From the NCBI GenBank assembly GCA_016794225.1, contig JAEUKQ010000001.1:70391-134390 (forward strand): DNA of 64,000 nucleotides. The letters run 5' to 3'. Position numbers and translations under genes: made by a program. The notes under the pieces were generated by a model. The model saw only the letters and a list, made by a program, of their open reading frames with translations. It was not told the origin of the DNA and ran no database searches. Origin of the DNA: Alphaproteobacteria bacterium. GTDB lineage: Bacteria; Pseudomonadota; Alphaproteobacteria; JAEUKQ01. Shown one piece after another: positions 1 through 10,071 of the stretch (the first letter of the stretch is position 1; each line of letters starts with the position of its first letter).

Positions 1-21
1 TTAATTTTAAATAATTACCTA

Positions 22-1530
22 TTGGAGGAAACAATGCCTGGTTACATTTCACACTATATTAACGGTAAACTTGTCCAGGGACGACCAGATCATACATCCG
101 CCATCTACAACCCAGCAACGGGTGAAGAATTACGTAAGGTCTTCTTGGCTGGATCGTCCGAGGTCAATCAGGCCGTAGCGTCTGCAACAACTGCCCTGCA
201 ATCCTGGAGCCAAACCCCTGCTTTACAACGCGCGCGCATTTTGTTCCGTTTTAAGGCAATTCTTGAAGCTAATCTCGATAAATTAGCAGCAATTGTAACA
301 GAGGAACATGGTAAAACACTGAGCGATGCAAAAGGATCTTGCATGCGCGGACTAGAGGTTGTTGAGTTCGCTTGTGGAATACCTCATTTGCTAAAAGGTG
401 AATTTAGCGAAAATGTAGGCAAAGGTATCGACAGTTGGGCTATTCGTCAACCATTGGGCGTTTGTGCCGGCATTACCCCCTTTAACTTTCCAGTGATGAT
501 CGGTCTGTGGATGTTTCCGATGGCTATTGCCTGTGGTAACACTTTTATTCTAAAACCCTCTGAACGCGACCCTTCAGCATCACTTATGTTGGCACAATGG
601 ATGAAAGAAGCTGGCTTGCCAGATGGGGTTTTAAATGTTGTACAAGGTGATAAAAATACTGTTGATTTACTGCTAAACCATCCAGGAATTGCAGCAATTA
701 GCTTTGTTGGATCAACTGCGGTCGCCCAATCAATTTATACCAAAGCTTCATCAACTTATAAAAGGGTTCAGGCTTTGGGTGGAGCTAAAAATCATATGCT
801 GGTCATGCCTGATGCCGATTTAGATATGGTCGTTGATAGTTTAATTGGGTCTGCCTACGGTTCAGCTGGCGAGCGGTGCATGGCCATTTCTGTTGCTGTT
901 GCAATCGACAAAGTTGCAGACAAATTAGTCGAAAAACTAGCACCACGTGTTCGATCGCTGAAAATTGGCCCCGGAACAGATCCTGATGTTGAAATGGGTC
1001 CTTTAATATCGGGGCAACATCATCAGAAAGTTACATCTTATATTGAAGGTGGAATCAAAGAAGGTGCCAAGCTGGTGGTTGATGGCCGTGGTGTGAAACT
1101 GCAAGGTTATGAAAAAGGCTATTTTATGGGTGGTTCCTTATTTGATCACGTACAGCCACATATGCGTCTTTATCAGGATGAAATTTTTGGTCCTGTTCTG
1201 GCTGTTGTACGTGTTCCATCCTATGAACAGGGGGTTGAACTGATTAATAATCACCCATATGGTAACGGAACAGCCATCTTTACCCGTGACGGAGACACTG
1301 CCCGCGATTTTGCTAACCGTATAAAAATTGGCATGGTTGGTATTAATGTGCCCATTCCTGTACCAATGGCTTTTCACAGCTTTGGGGGCTGGAAACAATC
1401 GCTTTATGGTGATCATCACATGCACGGTATGGAAGGGGTACGATTCTACACAAAACTTAAAACTATGACTGGACGTTGGCCGACAGGTATTAGACAAGGC
1501 GCTGACTTTAACATTCCGACGCTGCGTTAG
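22..1530 (+). CDS. mmsA: methylmalonate-semialdehyde dehydrogenase (CoA-acylating), ALDH family
   Basis: 502 aa. ALDH catalytic motifs (GxxxxG NAD site, ELGGK-like, catalytic Cys region). GGAGG RBS 5 nt upstream. Length and sequence typical of MmsA. Confidence 0.8.
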   Translation: MEETMPGYISHYINGKLVQGRPDHTSAIYNPATGEELRKVFLAGSSEVNQAVASATTALQSWSQTPALQRARILFRFKAILEANLDKLAAIVTEEHGKTLSDAKGSCMRGLEVVEFACGIPHLLKGEFSENVGKGIDSWAIRQPLGVCAGITPFNFPVMIGLWMFPMAIACGNTFILKPSERDPSASLMLAQWMKEAGLPDGVLNVVQGDKNTVDLLLNHPGIAAISFVGSTAVAQSIYTKASSTYKRVQALGGAKNHMLVMPDADLDMVVDSLIGSAYGSAGERCMAISVAVAIDKVADKLVEKLAPRVRSLKIGPGTDPDVEMGPLISGQHHQKVTSYIEGGIKEGAKLVVDGRGVKLQGYEKGYFMGGSLFDHVQPHMRLYQDEIFGPVLAVVRVPSYEQGVELINNHPYGNGTAIFTRDGDTARDFANRIKIGMVGINVPIPVPMAFHSFGGWKQSLYGDHHMHGMEGVRFYTKLKTMTGRWPTGIRQGADFNIPTLR

Positions 1531-1560
1531 AGAAAACAAAATTTAACCAATTTATACCAT

Positions 1561-2091
1561 CTAACCAGCAGCCCTGGCGGTTGAGGCCTCAAATTTACAA
1601 AGTGGCCCGCTAACCTTGTTGATAAAGCCGGAAATTAATTGGCGTACCAAAAGTCTTTCTGGTTTTTCGTCTGGCATGAAAATACCATAGGCTATTGTCG
1701 GCTCAAAGCCAAGGCGATGGTAATAGGCATAATCACCAACTAAAAAAACCAGGTGGTAACAAAGTTTTTTGGCTATCTCTATTGTTTGATTAGTCAAACG
1801 TTGACCAAGCCCAGAACTTCGGTATTCCGGAGCAATAGCCAAAGGACCTAACAACAACGCCAAATGCTGCTGATTTATTGTTACAGGCCAATAGCGAATT
1901 GTACCAATAACCTGCTCTTGATGCATGGCCACCCAAGACAGCTCTTGAATTGCAGAAACATTTTGTCGATACCGGTATGATATTTTGCTGGTTCTATTAA
2001 CACCAAAAGCCTGATCCAACAGTTGCTCAATCTTTTGCTGGTATTCCATCTTCTCAGGAACCAGTTGAACATTATTCACAATAACCCTCAT
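1561..2091 (-). CDS. GNAT family N-acetyltransferase
   Basis: 176 aa. Acetyl-CoA binding motif region (Q/RxxGxG/A-like 'RSSGLGQRL'). Confidence 0.65.
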   Translation of the reverse strand: MRVIVNNVQLVPEKMEYQQKIEQLLDQAFGVNRTSKISYRYRQNVSAIQELSWVAMHQEQVIGTIRYWPVTINQQHLALLLGPLAIAPEYRSSGLGQRLTNQTIEIAKKLCYHLVFLVGDYAYYHRLGFEPTIAYGIFMPDEKPERLLVRQLISGFINKVSGPLCKFEASTARAAG

Positions 2092-2105
2092 AAGCTACTT
2101 ATGGC

Positions 2106-3458
2106 TTATTTTAAGTTTAGTCCGGCGAAAGCCATGGCCTGATTCTGCTTAAATGCCAGTTGCTCAACAGAAAATCCGTCAATTAATTCGTTAAATAATT
2201 TATACCAATTTGTTCGCACGCGCAAATAAATAAATATAGAACCCAAGCCAAGGGCTGCTCTATCCATCAATACAAAAGACTGTGGCAGTTTTACTGTACC
2301 GTGTTGTCGCAATTGTTGGCGTATGGCAATCGCAAGATCACGGGTATATGCCCCCCCATCCATATGGTCGGACAATAAACGATCTCGGTCTTCAAGAATT
2401 GGCCCATAAACAAAATGAGCCCACTTGTTCAAAATAGTAACCAGTTCCCTTGACAAATTATGAAAACCCCATTTTTCATAAGCCGCTGCTGCCTTATCTG
2501 TGTCATTAGCCTGTAAGGCTTGATAAAGATCAATCACTGCTTCAACAAAGGTAGGGGTAAAAACACGAATACACCCATAATCCAGCAAGTTCAAATCACC
2601 GTTTAATCTAATTGTATAATTCCCCGGGTGTGGATCGCCATGTAAAACTCCATAATGATAAAATGGTTTATACCAAGCCATAAACAGATTCTTAGCAACA
2701 GGTTGTAACAGCTGCTGCCGCTCAACATCTTTAAAAAAAATTTTAATTGGTGTTCCAGGTAGCCAGGTCATAGTCAACAATCGCGGAGTTGATAAAGAAG
2801 AAACAACCTGTGGAACATGAACTTGCTGAACGCTTTTAAGCAAATAATTGTAAAGCGTAATATGCTTTGCTTCACGTTGATAGTCTAATTCCTCGTAGAG
2901 ACGTTGTTGTAATTCGACCCAAGCTTCTTGTGTATCAACCGTTCCGTCAAGTTTTTCGAATAAGCCCAATATCAATTTTAACTGCTGAAGGTCTGCATCA
3001 ACGACAGACTTCATGTCAGGGTATTGAAGCTTACAGGCCAACAACTGGCCATCACGATCTTTTGCTTGGTGTACCTGCCCTAGTGAGGCAGCATTACAGG
3101 CCGTTTCAGAAAATTCATTAAAATGATTACGCCAATCAACACCCAGTTCACCCGTCATACGCCGTTGAACAAAGGACATTCCCATTGGTGGCGCATGTGC
3201 CTGTAATTCAGCCAATTTTTCTGCATATTCAGGCGGTAGAAGGTCAGGAACCATAGCCAATATTTGCGCGGCTTTGATAGCTGGCCCCTTTAATGTACCC
3301 AATAGCTTTGTTAATTGCTCTGCATGGGCTTTGGTATCAAAGCTGAAACCCAATTTGCTTCCAGCAACACGTGCGGCAATTCCACCCGTTGCCAAGCCCA
3401 GTTTTGTCCAACGTGTTACTTTAGGCAACCAACCATATTGATTATCGTTTTCTGCCAT
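2106..3458 (-). CDS. UbiB/ABC1 (AarF) atypical protein kinase family protein
   Basis: 450 aa. ABC1-family signature (KAAQILA, HGDPHPGN catalytic loop). Confidence 0.75.
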   Translation of the reverse strand: MAENDNQYGWLPKVTRWTKLGLATGGIAARVAGSKLGFSFDTKAHAEQLTKLLGTLKGPAIKAAQILAMVPDLLPPEYAEKLAELQAHAPPMGMSFVQRRMTGELGVDWRNHFNEFSETACNAASLGQVHQAKDRDGQLLACKLQYPDMKSVVDADLQQLKLILGLFEKLDGTVDTQEAWVELQQRLYEELDYQREAKHITLYNYLLKSVQQVHVPQVVSSLSTPRLLTMTWLPGTPIKIFFKDVERQQLLQPVAKNLFMAWYKPFYHYGVLHGDPHPGNYTIRLNGDLNLLDYGCIRVFTPTFVEAVIDLYQALQANDTDKAAAAYEKWGFHNLSRELVTILNKWAHFVYGPILEDRDRLLSDHMDGGAYTRDLAIAIRQQLRQHGTVKLPQSFVLMDRAALGLGSIFIYLRVRTNWYKLFNELIDGFSVEQLAFKQNQAMAFAGLNLK

Positions 3459-5262
3459 ATTCAGAGGTCACTGTGAGTTGTTCAAATTGATCAATCATCT
3501 TTTCAATAACCCCTATCCCCTGTTGCCAAAATTTGCCGTCCGCGACATCAATACCAAAAGGTAGCAGTAATTGTTGATAGGGTATAGCACCACCAGAGGA
3601 GAGTAAGTGGATATAATGTTCCATGAAAGAATGACTGGCATTCTGATAGATCCCATATAACGAGTTTACCAAACAATCTGCAAACGCATAAGCATATACA
3701 TAAAATGGGGTATGAATAAAATGTGGAATATATGACCAGTACCAGGAATATTCGGGTGCCAAATCAAAAGCAGGCCCTAGGCTTTCATTCTGAAACTCTA
3801 ACCATATTTCACCCAGCCTCTTTGGTGATAATTCACCCTGACGGCGTTCATGGTGAACTATAGTTTCGAATTGATGAAACGCAATTTGTCGAACAACAGT
3901 GTTAAGCATATCTTCAATTTTTCTGCTTAATAGCCCGGCTTTTTCATAAGAATTCTTGCACTGCCCAAGCAAATGTTGGAAGGTTAGCATTTCACCAAAA
4001 ATTGAAGCAGTTTCAGATAAGGGTAGTGAAGGTTCGGACATCAAAAACCCTTGTTGTGCAGACAGTGTTTGGTGCACCCCATGCCCTAGTTCATGCGCCA
4101 GGGTCATCACATCACGGATTGACCCATGAAAATTCACCAAAATATAAGGGTGCACGGACGGAACTGTCGGATGTGCGAAAGCACCCGCATCTTTTCCTGG
4201 ATAAACAGCCGCATCAATCCATCTATTATCAATAAATTTTTTGGCTATGTCCCTAAATTGCGGTGAAAAACTTGCAAAAGAATCGAGGACAAGATCACAA
4301 GCTTGAGGCCATGTAAATACCTGTTCTGTATCATGAAACAATGGGGTATTCCGATCCCAGTAAGCTAGTTTCTTAGCACCCATCAGCTGCTTTTTTAACT
4401 GATAATAACGATGTGCTGTTTTAGGGTACGATTGACGCACAGTTGCAACCAGAGTATCCACGACAGATGGTTCCACCTGATTTGCCAGATGCCTGGCCGA
4501 TGCTGGCGTATTGAAGCGACGCCATAGGTCTTCTGTTTCCTTGTCTTTTGCCAATGTATTTGTAATTAAGCTTAGCAAATTAATATTTTCCTGCAAAACA
4601 CGTGCTATTTCGCAAGCAGCTTCCTGACGTTCAGTTGCAATCGGACTTTGCAACATATGGAAAGCTTCACTTTGTGTTTTTGATTGTCCAGCAATATTAA
4701 ACCGTAGCTTGGCCATGGTTTCATCATACAACCGAATCCAAGCTTGCCGACCACTAAGCGATTTTTCCAGGGAAAATTTTTCTAGATCGTCAGAAAGCTG
4801 GTGGGGCGCAAATGCTCTAACCACTCGTAGCCACCCAGCAAATTTTTTTATGCCAACATCCTTCAGGATTTGTATAAAATTAGTTTCAGGGATTTTATTA
4901 ATTTCTAGCATAAAAAACAGGGTTTTAGATGATGCTTGGGTTGTTTTATCCTGTATGTTTTGTAAAAAACTGCCCGTTAATGGGTTGTTTGAATCTGTCG
5001 CATGCCTTAAATACGCATAAGACATTAATTTACCAGATATTTCTTCAATATGCTGATACGCGTGTATTGCAGCCAACAAATCGCTTTGAAGACTTGCTAT
5101 TTTCCCCTGGTATTTTTTTTGAAATGCATTTGCGTGTTCTAGCAACATGTTTAAATCACGAACTAAAGCGGGGTCATCTGGGGCTTCATATAAATCACCC
5201 AGGTGCCAGTGAGGTAAGTTTTGTTGCTTGAATTGTTTGGAATTTTGTTTTTTATTTATCAT
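3442..5262 (-). CDS. pepF: oligoendopeptidase F, M3B family metallopeptidase
   Basis: 606 aa. HELGH zinc-binding motif; length typical of PepF. Confidence 0.8.
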   Translation of the reverse strand: MINKKQNSKQFKQQNLPHWHLGDLYEAPDDPALVRDLNMLLEHANAFQKKYQGKIASLQSDLLAAIHAYQHIEEISGKLMSYAYLRHATDSNNPLTGSFLQNIQDKTTQASSKTLFFMLEINKIPETNFIQILKDVGIKKFAGWLRVVRAFAPHQLSDDLEKFSLEKSLSGRQAWIRLYDETMAKLRFNIAGQSKTQSEAFHMLQSPIATERQEAACEIARVLQENINLLSLITNTLAKDKETEDLWRRFNTPASARHLANQVEPSVVDTLVATVRQSYPKTAHRYYQLKKQLMGAKKLAYWDRNTPLFHDTEQVFTWPQACDLVLDSFASFSPQFRDIAKKFIDNRWIDAAVYPGKDAGAFAHPTVPSVHPYILVNFHGSIRDVMTLAHELGHGVHQTLSAQQGFLMSEPSLPLSETASIFGEMLTFQHLLGQCKNSYEKAGLLSRKIEDMLNTVVRQIAFHQFETIVHHERRQGELSPKRLGEIWLEFQNESLGPAFDLAPEYSWYWSYIPHFIHTPFYVYAYAFADCLVNSLYGIYQNASHSFMEHYIHLLSSGGAIPYQQLLLPFGIDVADGKFWQQGIGVIEKMIDQFEQLTVTSEYGRKR

Positions 5263-5373
5263 AATTGGCCTAAGTAATCTAAGACTTGCTTCTAATTTGA
5301 TTTACCTTAAATTAATCATATCATTCTTTTAAAGAATCACCACTTTTTTCCTAATAAAGGACTAAAAAAATAA

Positions 5374-7179
5374 ATGTTTCCTAAATGGTCAAGCTTGCCG
5401 GCAATGTTTTTTAACACATCAGCACAAAAAGTAGATCAGCCATTTTTATGGCGGCGAAAAGATGGGTCATGGCAAAGCATAAGTTGGCAAAAAGCGGCCG
5501 AACGAACCCGTAAAATTGCCAGTGCCTTACTTGAAATCGGCGTTAAAGAAGGTGACCGTATTATGCTGGTTGCAGAAAGCCGTCCGGAATGGCCAATGGC
5601 AGACTTAGCGATTATGACCGCAGGCTGTATTACAGTGCCCGCCTTTATTACCAATACTACCCAGGATCACCTTCATATTCTAAGACACAGTGGTGCACGA
5701 ATAGCCATTATATCGAACCAGTCGATTGCACAAAAATTTATGCCAGCAGCCCTAGAATCACCTGCGTTAGAAGCAATTATTTTTATCGATCCGGTACAAT
5801 TTGAACAACAATTGCCGTTGTCACAATTTTTGTGGTCTGACCTACTCGAAAAACCTGATAATTCTAAAAATATTGATTTGATTGCCAAGCGCATAGATGG
5901 CCTTAAAAGAACTGATTTAGCTTGTTTTATTTACACATCAGGCACTGGGGGAACACCTAAGGGGGTTATGTTGTCGCATGGGGCTGTTTTATCAAATTGC
6001 GAAGGTGCAGCGCATGTTTTGCAAGGATTAAACTTAAAGAACGAGCGTTTCCTAAGCTTTCTACCGCTATCACATGCTTATGAACACACAGCTGGCCAAT
6101 TTTTACCAATGCTGATTGGTGCCGATATTTATTATGCCGAAAGCGTTGAAAAAATTAGTGATAATCTCCGTGAAACAAAACCGACTATTATGACTGCTGT
6201 TCCAAGATTTTTTGAATTAATGCACCAACGAATTTTAAGATCAGTAGCTAAGGAAAAGCCCTGGAAACAACGTCTAATCCACAAAACAATTTCCCTAGGA
6301 CGTAAAGCTTACGAAAACAAAAAAGCTATGACCCTAGGTGAACGCCTACAAAACTTTTTTTGTACTTTGTTGGTGCGCCGAAAAATGCGGCAGCGTTTTG
6401 GGGGATATTTAAAGGCTCTGGTTTCTGGGGGGGCACCCCTTAATTATGATGTAGGATTATTTTTTCAGAGTCTTGGGATTCCTATATTACAGGGATATGG
6501 CCAGACCGAGGCCGCCCCAGTTATTAGCGTTAACTTACCTGCAAAAGTGAAAATGGATACCGTAGGTCCGGCTATGCCAGGTGTCAGCATAAAAATTGCT
6601 AATGATGGCGAAATTCTTGTTCAGGGCGAATGCGTTATGAACGGATACTGGCAAGATCCTGTGATCACCAATCAAACCATCAAAGATGGCTGGTTACATA
6701 CAGGTGATATTGGCGTTATTGATCAAGATGGTTACCTAAAAATCACAGATCGCAAAAAAGATATTATTGTACTTTCAGGTGGCGATAATGTTGCGCCAGC
6801 ACGTGTTGAAGGCTTTCTTGTCCTGGAACCAGAAGTAACCCAGGCCATGGTTTACGGTGATCGTCATTCTCATTTAGTTGCGCTTTTAGTACCACACCCA
6901 GATTTTATGGCTGAATATGCACGTAACAACGGAATTGCAAATAATCCAGTCGAACTGGTTGCCAACGATCACTTCAACAAGGTTTACAAATTGGTATTGA
7001 CCCGGGTTAATGAACGTTTATCAACCATTGAAAAAGTACGTAGCTTTATTTTAACATCCGAGCCATTCACTATAGATAATGGCATGCTAACACCGTCTTT
7101 TAAGATTCGCCGGCATAAAATTCGTGAAAAATACGGCGCGCGGCTGGAACAACTTTATAATAACAATGTGATATCATAA
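5374..7179 (+). CDS. long-chain fatty acid--CoA ligase (AMP-binding enzyme)
   Basis: 601 aa. AMP-binding signature YTSGTGGTPKGV. Domain order typical of FadD-like acyl-CoA synthetases. Confidence 0.8.
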   Translation: MFPKWSSLPAMFFNTSAQKVDQPFLWRRKDGSWQSISWQKAAERTRKIASALLEIGVKEGDRIMLVAESRPEWPMADLAIMTAGCITVPAFITNTTQDHLHILRHSGARIAIISNQSIAQKFMPAALESPALEAIIFIDPVQFEQQLPLSQFLWSDLLEKPDNSKNIDLIAKRIDGLKRTDLACFIYTSGTGGTPKGVMLSHGAVLSNCEGAAHVLQGLNLKNERFLSFLPLSHAYEHTAGQFLPMLIGADIYYAESVEKISDNLRETKPTIMTAVPRFFELMHQRILRSVAKEKPWKQRLIHKTISLGRKAYENKKAMTLGERLQNFFCTLLVRRKMRQRFGGYLKALVSGGAPLNYDVGLFFQSLGIPILQGYGQTEAAPVISVNLPAKVKMDTVGPAMPGVSIKIANDGEILVQGECVMNGYWQDPVITNQTIKDGWLHTGDIGVIDQDGYLKITDRKKDIIVLSGGDNVAPARVEGFLVLEPEVTQAMVYGDRHSHLVALLVPHPDFMAEYARNNGIANNPVELVANDHFNKVYKLVLTRVNERLSTIEKVRSFILTSEPFTIDNGMLTPSFKIRRHKIREKYGARLEQLYNNNVIS

Positions 7180-7303
7180 TATATTATGCGGAGGTGACGT
7201 TTTAAGACTTTTTTGGTGCAATTCTGTTGCCTGATAACAAAAACCCGGGTATAATTTTTGTATCTACCATTTTGTTAATCTTATTATTTTGTGGGGATGA
7301 CCA

Positions 7304-7594
7304 ATGAAAAAATTGTTCGTGGCAGCTTGTAGTTTGTTTTTTATCGTTTCTGGTGCTGTTCAGGCAGAAACCAAACCTTTGGACTTAACAAAGGTAACTT
7401 GTGCTGAATTGGCCAAACTAGACGAGTATAAAGCAGCGGTTATTATGTTCTGGTTGGATGGATATTTTTCTGCCGATGGACAACCAATTATTGATTTCGA
7501 TGGAATTGGCCGTGTTGTTGATGCTTTAGGCGCCCAGTGCGATAAAAATCCATCTCAAACGATCTTCCAGGCTATTAATAACCTGGGTAAATAG
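7304..7594 (+). CDS. small secreted protein, possibly HdeA/HdeB-like periplasmic chaperone family
   Basis: 96 aa. Signal peptide ending AVQA. Two Cys in TC.E..K.DE and C(D)KNP contexts, resembling the HdeA fold. Confidence 0.4.
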   Translation: MKKLFVAACSLFFIVSGAVQAETKPLDLTKVTCAELAKLDEYKAAVIMFWLDGYFSADGQPIIDFDGIGRVVDALGAQCDKNPSQTIFQAINNLGK

Positions 7595-7641
7595 ATAAGC
7601 GTACCTGTTGCATTCTGGAATAGTCAAAAAACAAGCCTTAT

Positions 7642-9330
7642 TCAAGGCTGTTTTCCCTTAATTATGGCTTCAGCTGTACCATTCCAGAATTGCAACTGAA
7701 TGGTTTCGCCAACCACCAGTTTGGTTATATCATCTAATAATCCCCCTGCCTGGTCATGCGCTAGTAGGAAGCCGCGTTTTAACAATCTGGTAACTGATAA
7801 TCCATCAAGCGTGGATGAAAGATTATCAATTCTTTGATCAAGTTCTTCCCATATGCGCTGTAGTTGTCGGATATTTACGTATTCTTGTGCGATATGAAAT
7901 TCTTGGTTCTTTTTTTGCACGACCTGTCGATACAAATAATTTTTAAAATGAATCTGTGTCTTTAAATTATTAAATAGTGAATCAACCAACGATAACGGAC
8001 TAACCAGTTGATAAGCATAAGTCGCTAAGCGCACCTGACTATCGTGTTGCCGACTAGTCCAATTCGATTTTAATTGCTGCTCGACCAGTATAAGATTGTC
8101 GCGTGCCTGATAAAAGCGCCACACTGCTGCCTGTGAAATGCTTATTCCCCCAGCTTGTTGTTGACGATGATAATAAAGTGTTTCAATGGATGACCGAAGA
8201 CGCTGACCTATTTGTTGGTAATGCTGGTCAACAAACCTGATTTGATTGGTACCATAATTCAATTTATCCGCCACTGCTAAAACATATTGCTTTTTATCAG
8301 AGCAAAATCGCTTGATAGCACGATGCAGCCTTTCATCAATTTCATCCAATTGCTGCAACTGGGTTTCATATAGGTTCTCGGGACGCTCAAAAACACGCCC
8401 CAAACCCGTCAGTAGAATATGCCCTTTATCAAATTTTTGCTGGAATAACAAATTTAACCGCACATATATTTCCTGCAGCTGTCTTAATAAATCCTGACGT
8501 GCTGGCACAATAATTTCTGCTGCTGCTGTAGGTGTTGGTGCCCGGTAGTCCGCAGCCAGGTCAATCAGCGTTGTGTCAGTTTCATGACCAATTGCTGAAA
8601 TAATTGGTATGGAACTTGCTGCAACAGAACGAACAAGCCTTTCATCATTAAATGGCCAAAGGTCTTCAAAACTACCGCCCCCGCGTGCAATAACTAAAAC
8701 ATCGGGTCTATACCCAAGTGATAAAGGCAAATTGTTAAACCCTTCAATAGCTTTTATAACTTGGTCTGCGGCCATGTTTCCTTGGACTGCAACAGGCCAT
8801 AATAATAACCGAACAGGGAAACGTTCTTGTAAGCGATGTAGGATGTCCTGAATAACTGCACCGGTTGGAGATGTTATTAAACCGACCGTTCGTGGTAAAA
8901 AAGGTAGTTTCTTTTTTCGCTCTTGAGAAAATAACCCTTCGACCTCTAATTTCTTTTTACGTTCAAGTAACTCTAATAATAAGGCACCCTGGCCAGCCAA
9001 ATCCATACTATCAACAATTAGTTGATACCTAGAACGCCCAGGATAGGTTGTCATACGCCCAGTGACAACCACCTGTGTACCATCAGTTACCGAAAAGGTT
9101 ATTCGTGCGGCAACAGGTCGCCAACATGCCGCATTTAATACCGCTACACTATCTTTAAGGTCGAAGTAAAGATGACCCGACGATTGCTTACTAAGATTAC
9201 TGATTTCACCACGCACGCGTACACGTTCCAAACCCTGTTCAAGACGGTTCCTTACTAGTGTGCTTATTTCACTGACCGTATATTCCTGAATGATTGGTGA
9301 TTGGCTAAATAAGTCGGGATTATTTGACAT
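7642..9330 (-). CDS. xseA: exodeoxyribonuclease VII large subunit
   Basis: 562 aa. N-terminal OB-fold region (GEISNLSK..SGHLYFDLKD) followed by the ExoVII catalytic domain and a long helical C-terminus. Confidence 0.8.
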   Translation of the reverse strand: MSNNPDLFSQSPIIQEYTVSEISTLVRNRLEQGLERVRVRGEISNLSKQSSGHLYFDLKDSVAVLNAACWRPVAARITFSVTDGTQVVVTGRMTTYPGRSRYQLIVDSMDLAGQGALLLELLERKKKLEVEGLFSQERKKKLPFLPRTVGLITSPTGAVIQDILHRLQERFPVRLLLWPVAVQGNMAADQVIKAIEGFNNLPLSLGYRPDVLVIARGGGSFEDLWPFNDERLVRSVAASSIPIISAIGHETDTTLIDLAADYRAPTPTAAAEIIVPARQDLLRQLQEIYVRLNLLFQQKFDKGHILLTGLGRVFERPENLYETQLQQLDEIDERLHRAIKRFCSDKKQYVLAVADKLNYGTNQIRFVDQHYQQIGQRLRSSIETLYYHRQQQAGGISISQAAVWRFYQARDNLILVEQQLKSNWTSRQHDSQVRLATYAYQLVSPLSLVDSLFNNLKTQIHFKNYLYRQVVQKKNQEFHIAQEYVNIRQLQRIWEELDQRIDNLSSTLDGLSVTRLLKRGFLLAHDQAGGLLDDITKLVVGETIQLQFWNGTAEAIIKGKQP

Positions 9331-9354
9331 GTTTTTCCTATCATATTGATAATT

Positions 9355-10071
9355 TTATGCCCGCGCAAATACACAAACAATAACCTGTCGCGCAGATGCT
9401 TGCAATAAAGCCTTTGTACAAGCCGAAACCGTGGCGCCAGTTGTCATGACATCATCAATCAATAAAACAGACCTATCGATTATTAATGAGTGACGATTTG
9501 CTGGAACAGTAAAAACGTTAGTTACGTTTTTGCGGCGCTGCTTTGCTGTCATTTTACCTTGTGGTGGTGTGGCTATAAGTCTTTTCAATCCAGATAATAA
9601 TAGCTTCTTACCAGTTTTTTGAGCAATCTTTTCCGCAATCAAACCAGCCTGATTATAGGTTCGTCTAAATAAGCGTTGCCAGTGCAGTGGAACAGGTACG
9701 ATCAAATCAATGGATGGCAATACATCATCCAAAGTTTTTAACATCAAACCAGCAATCAGGTTGGTTAAATCGGTACGGTCAGCATATTTTAAAGATAATA
9801 TAAGTTTTCGGCTATACTGATCATATAGGAATGGAACACGGGTTTGAGAAAAGTTGGGTGGATTTAAAATACAAGAACCGCATCTAAAACCACCAATATG
9901 TTCACCAGCCTTACCAAGCGGAAGACCGCAAGACCGACAATTATACCCATCAATAAAAACCAACAACTTAAAACAAGCTGGGCATAGGCTGTGATCTTCC
10001 ATAACAACTTGTCGACATTGCAAGCAACGTGGTGGTATGATACTACTTACTAATGTGCCGAGGGTAATCAT
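9355..10071 (-). CDS. ComF family protein (phosphoribosyltransferase domain)
   Basis: 238 aa. N-terminal Cys4 zinc-ribbon (CLQC..CPAC) and C-terminal PRTase motif (LLIDDVMTTGAT). Confidence 0.7.
   Translation of the reverse strand: MITLGTLVSSIIPPRCLQCRQVVMEDHSLCPACFKLLVFIDGYNCRSCGLPLGKAGEHIGGFRCGSCILNPPNFSQTRVPFLYDQYSRKLILSLKYADRTDLTNLIAGLMLKTLDDVLPSIDLIVPVPLHWQRLFRRTYNQAGLIAEKIAQKTGKKLLLSGLKRLIATPPQGKMTAKQRRKNVTNVFTVPANRHSLIIDRSVLLIDDVMTTGATVSACTKALLQASARQVIVCVFARA

Noticed and set aside
1138-1539. 133-aa minus-strand ORF embedded in mmsA
   Set aside because: It is entirely antisense to a strongly supported ALDH gene and shows no motifs, so it is an ordinary shadow ORF. The same applies to the other short ORFs in the track that lie opposite large genes (for example 8312..8497, 13504..13692, 27672..27863, 50531..50995).
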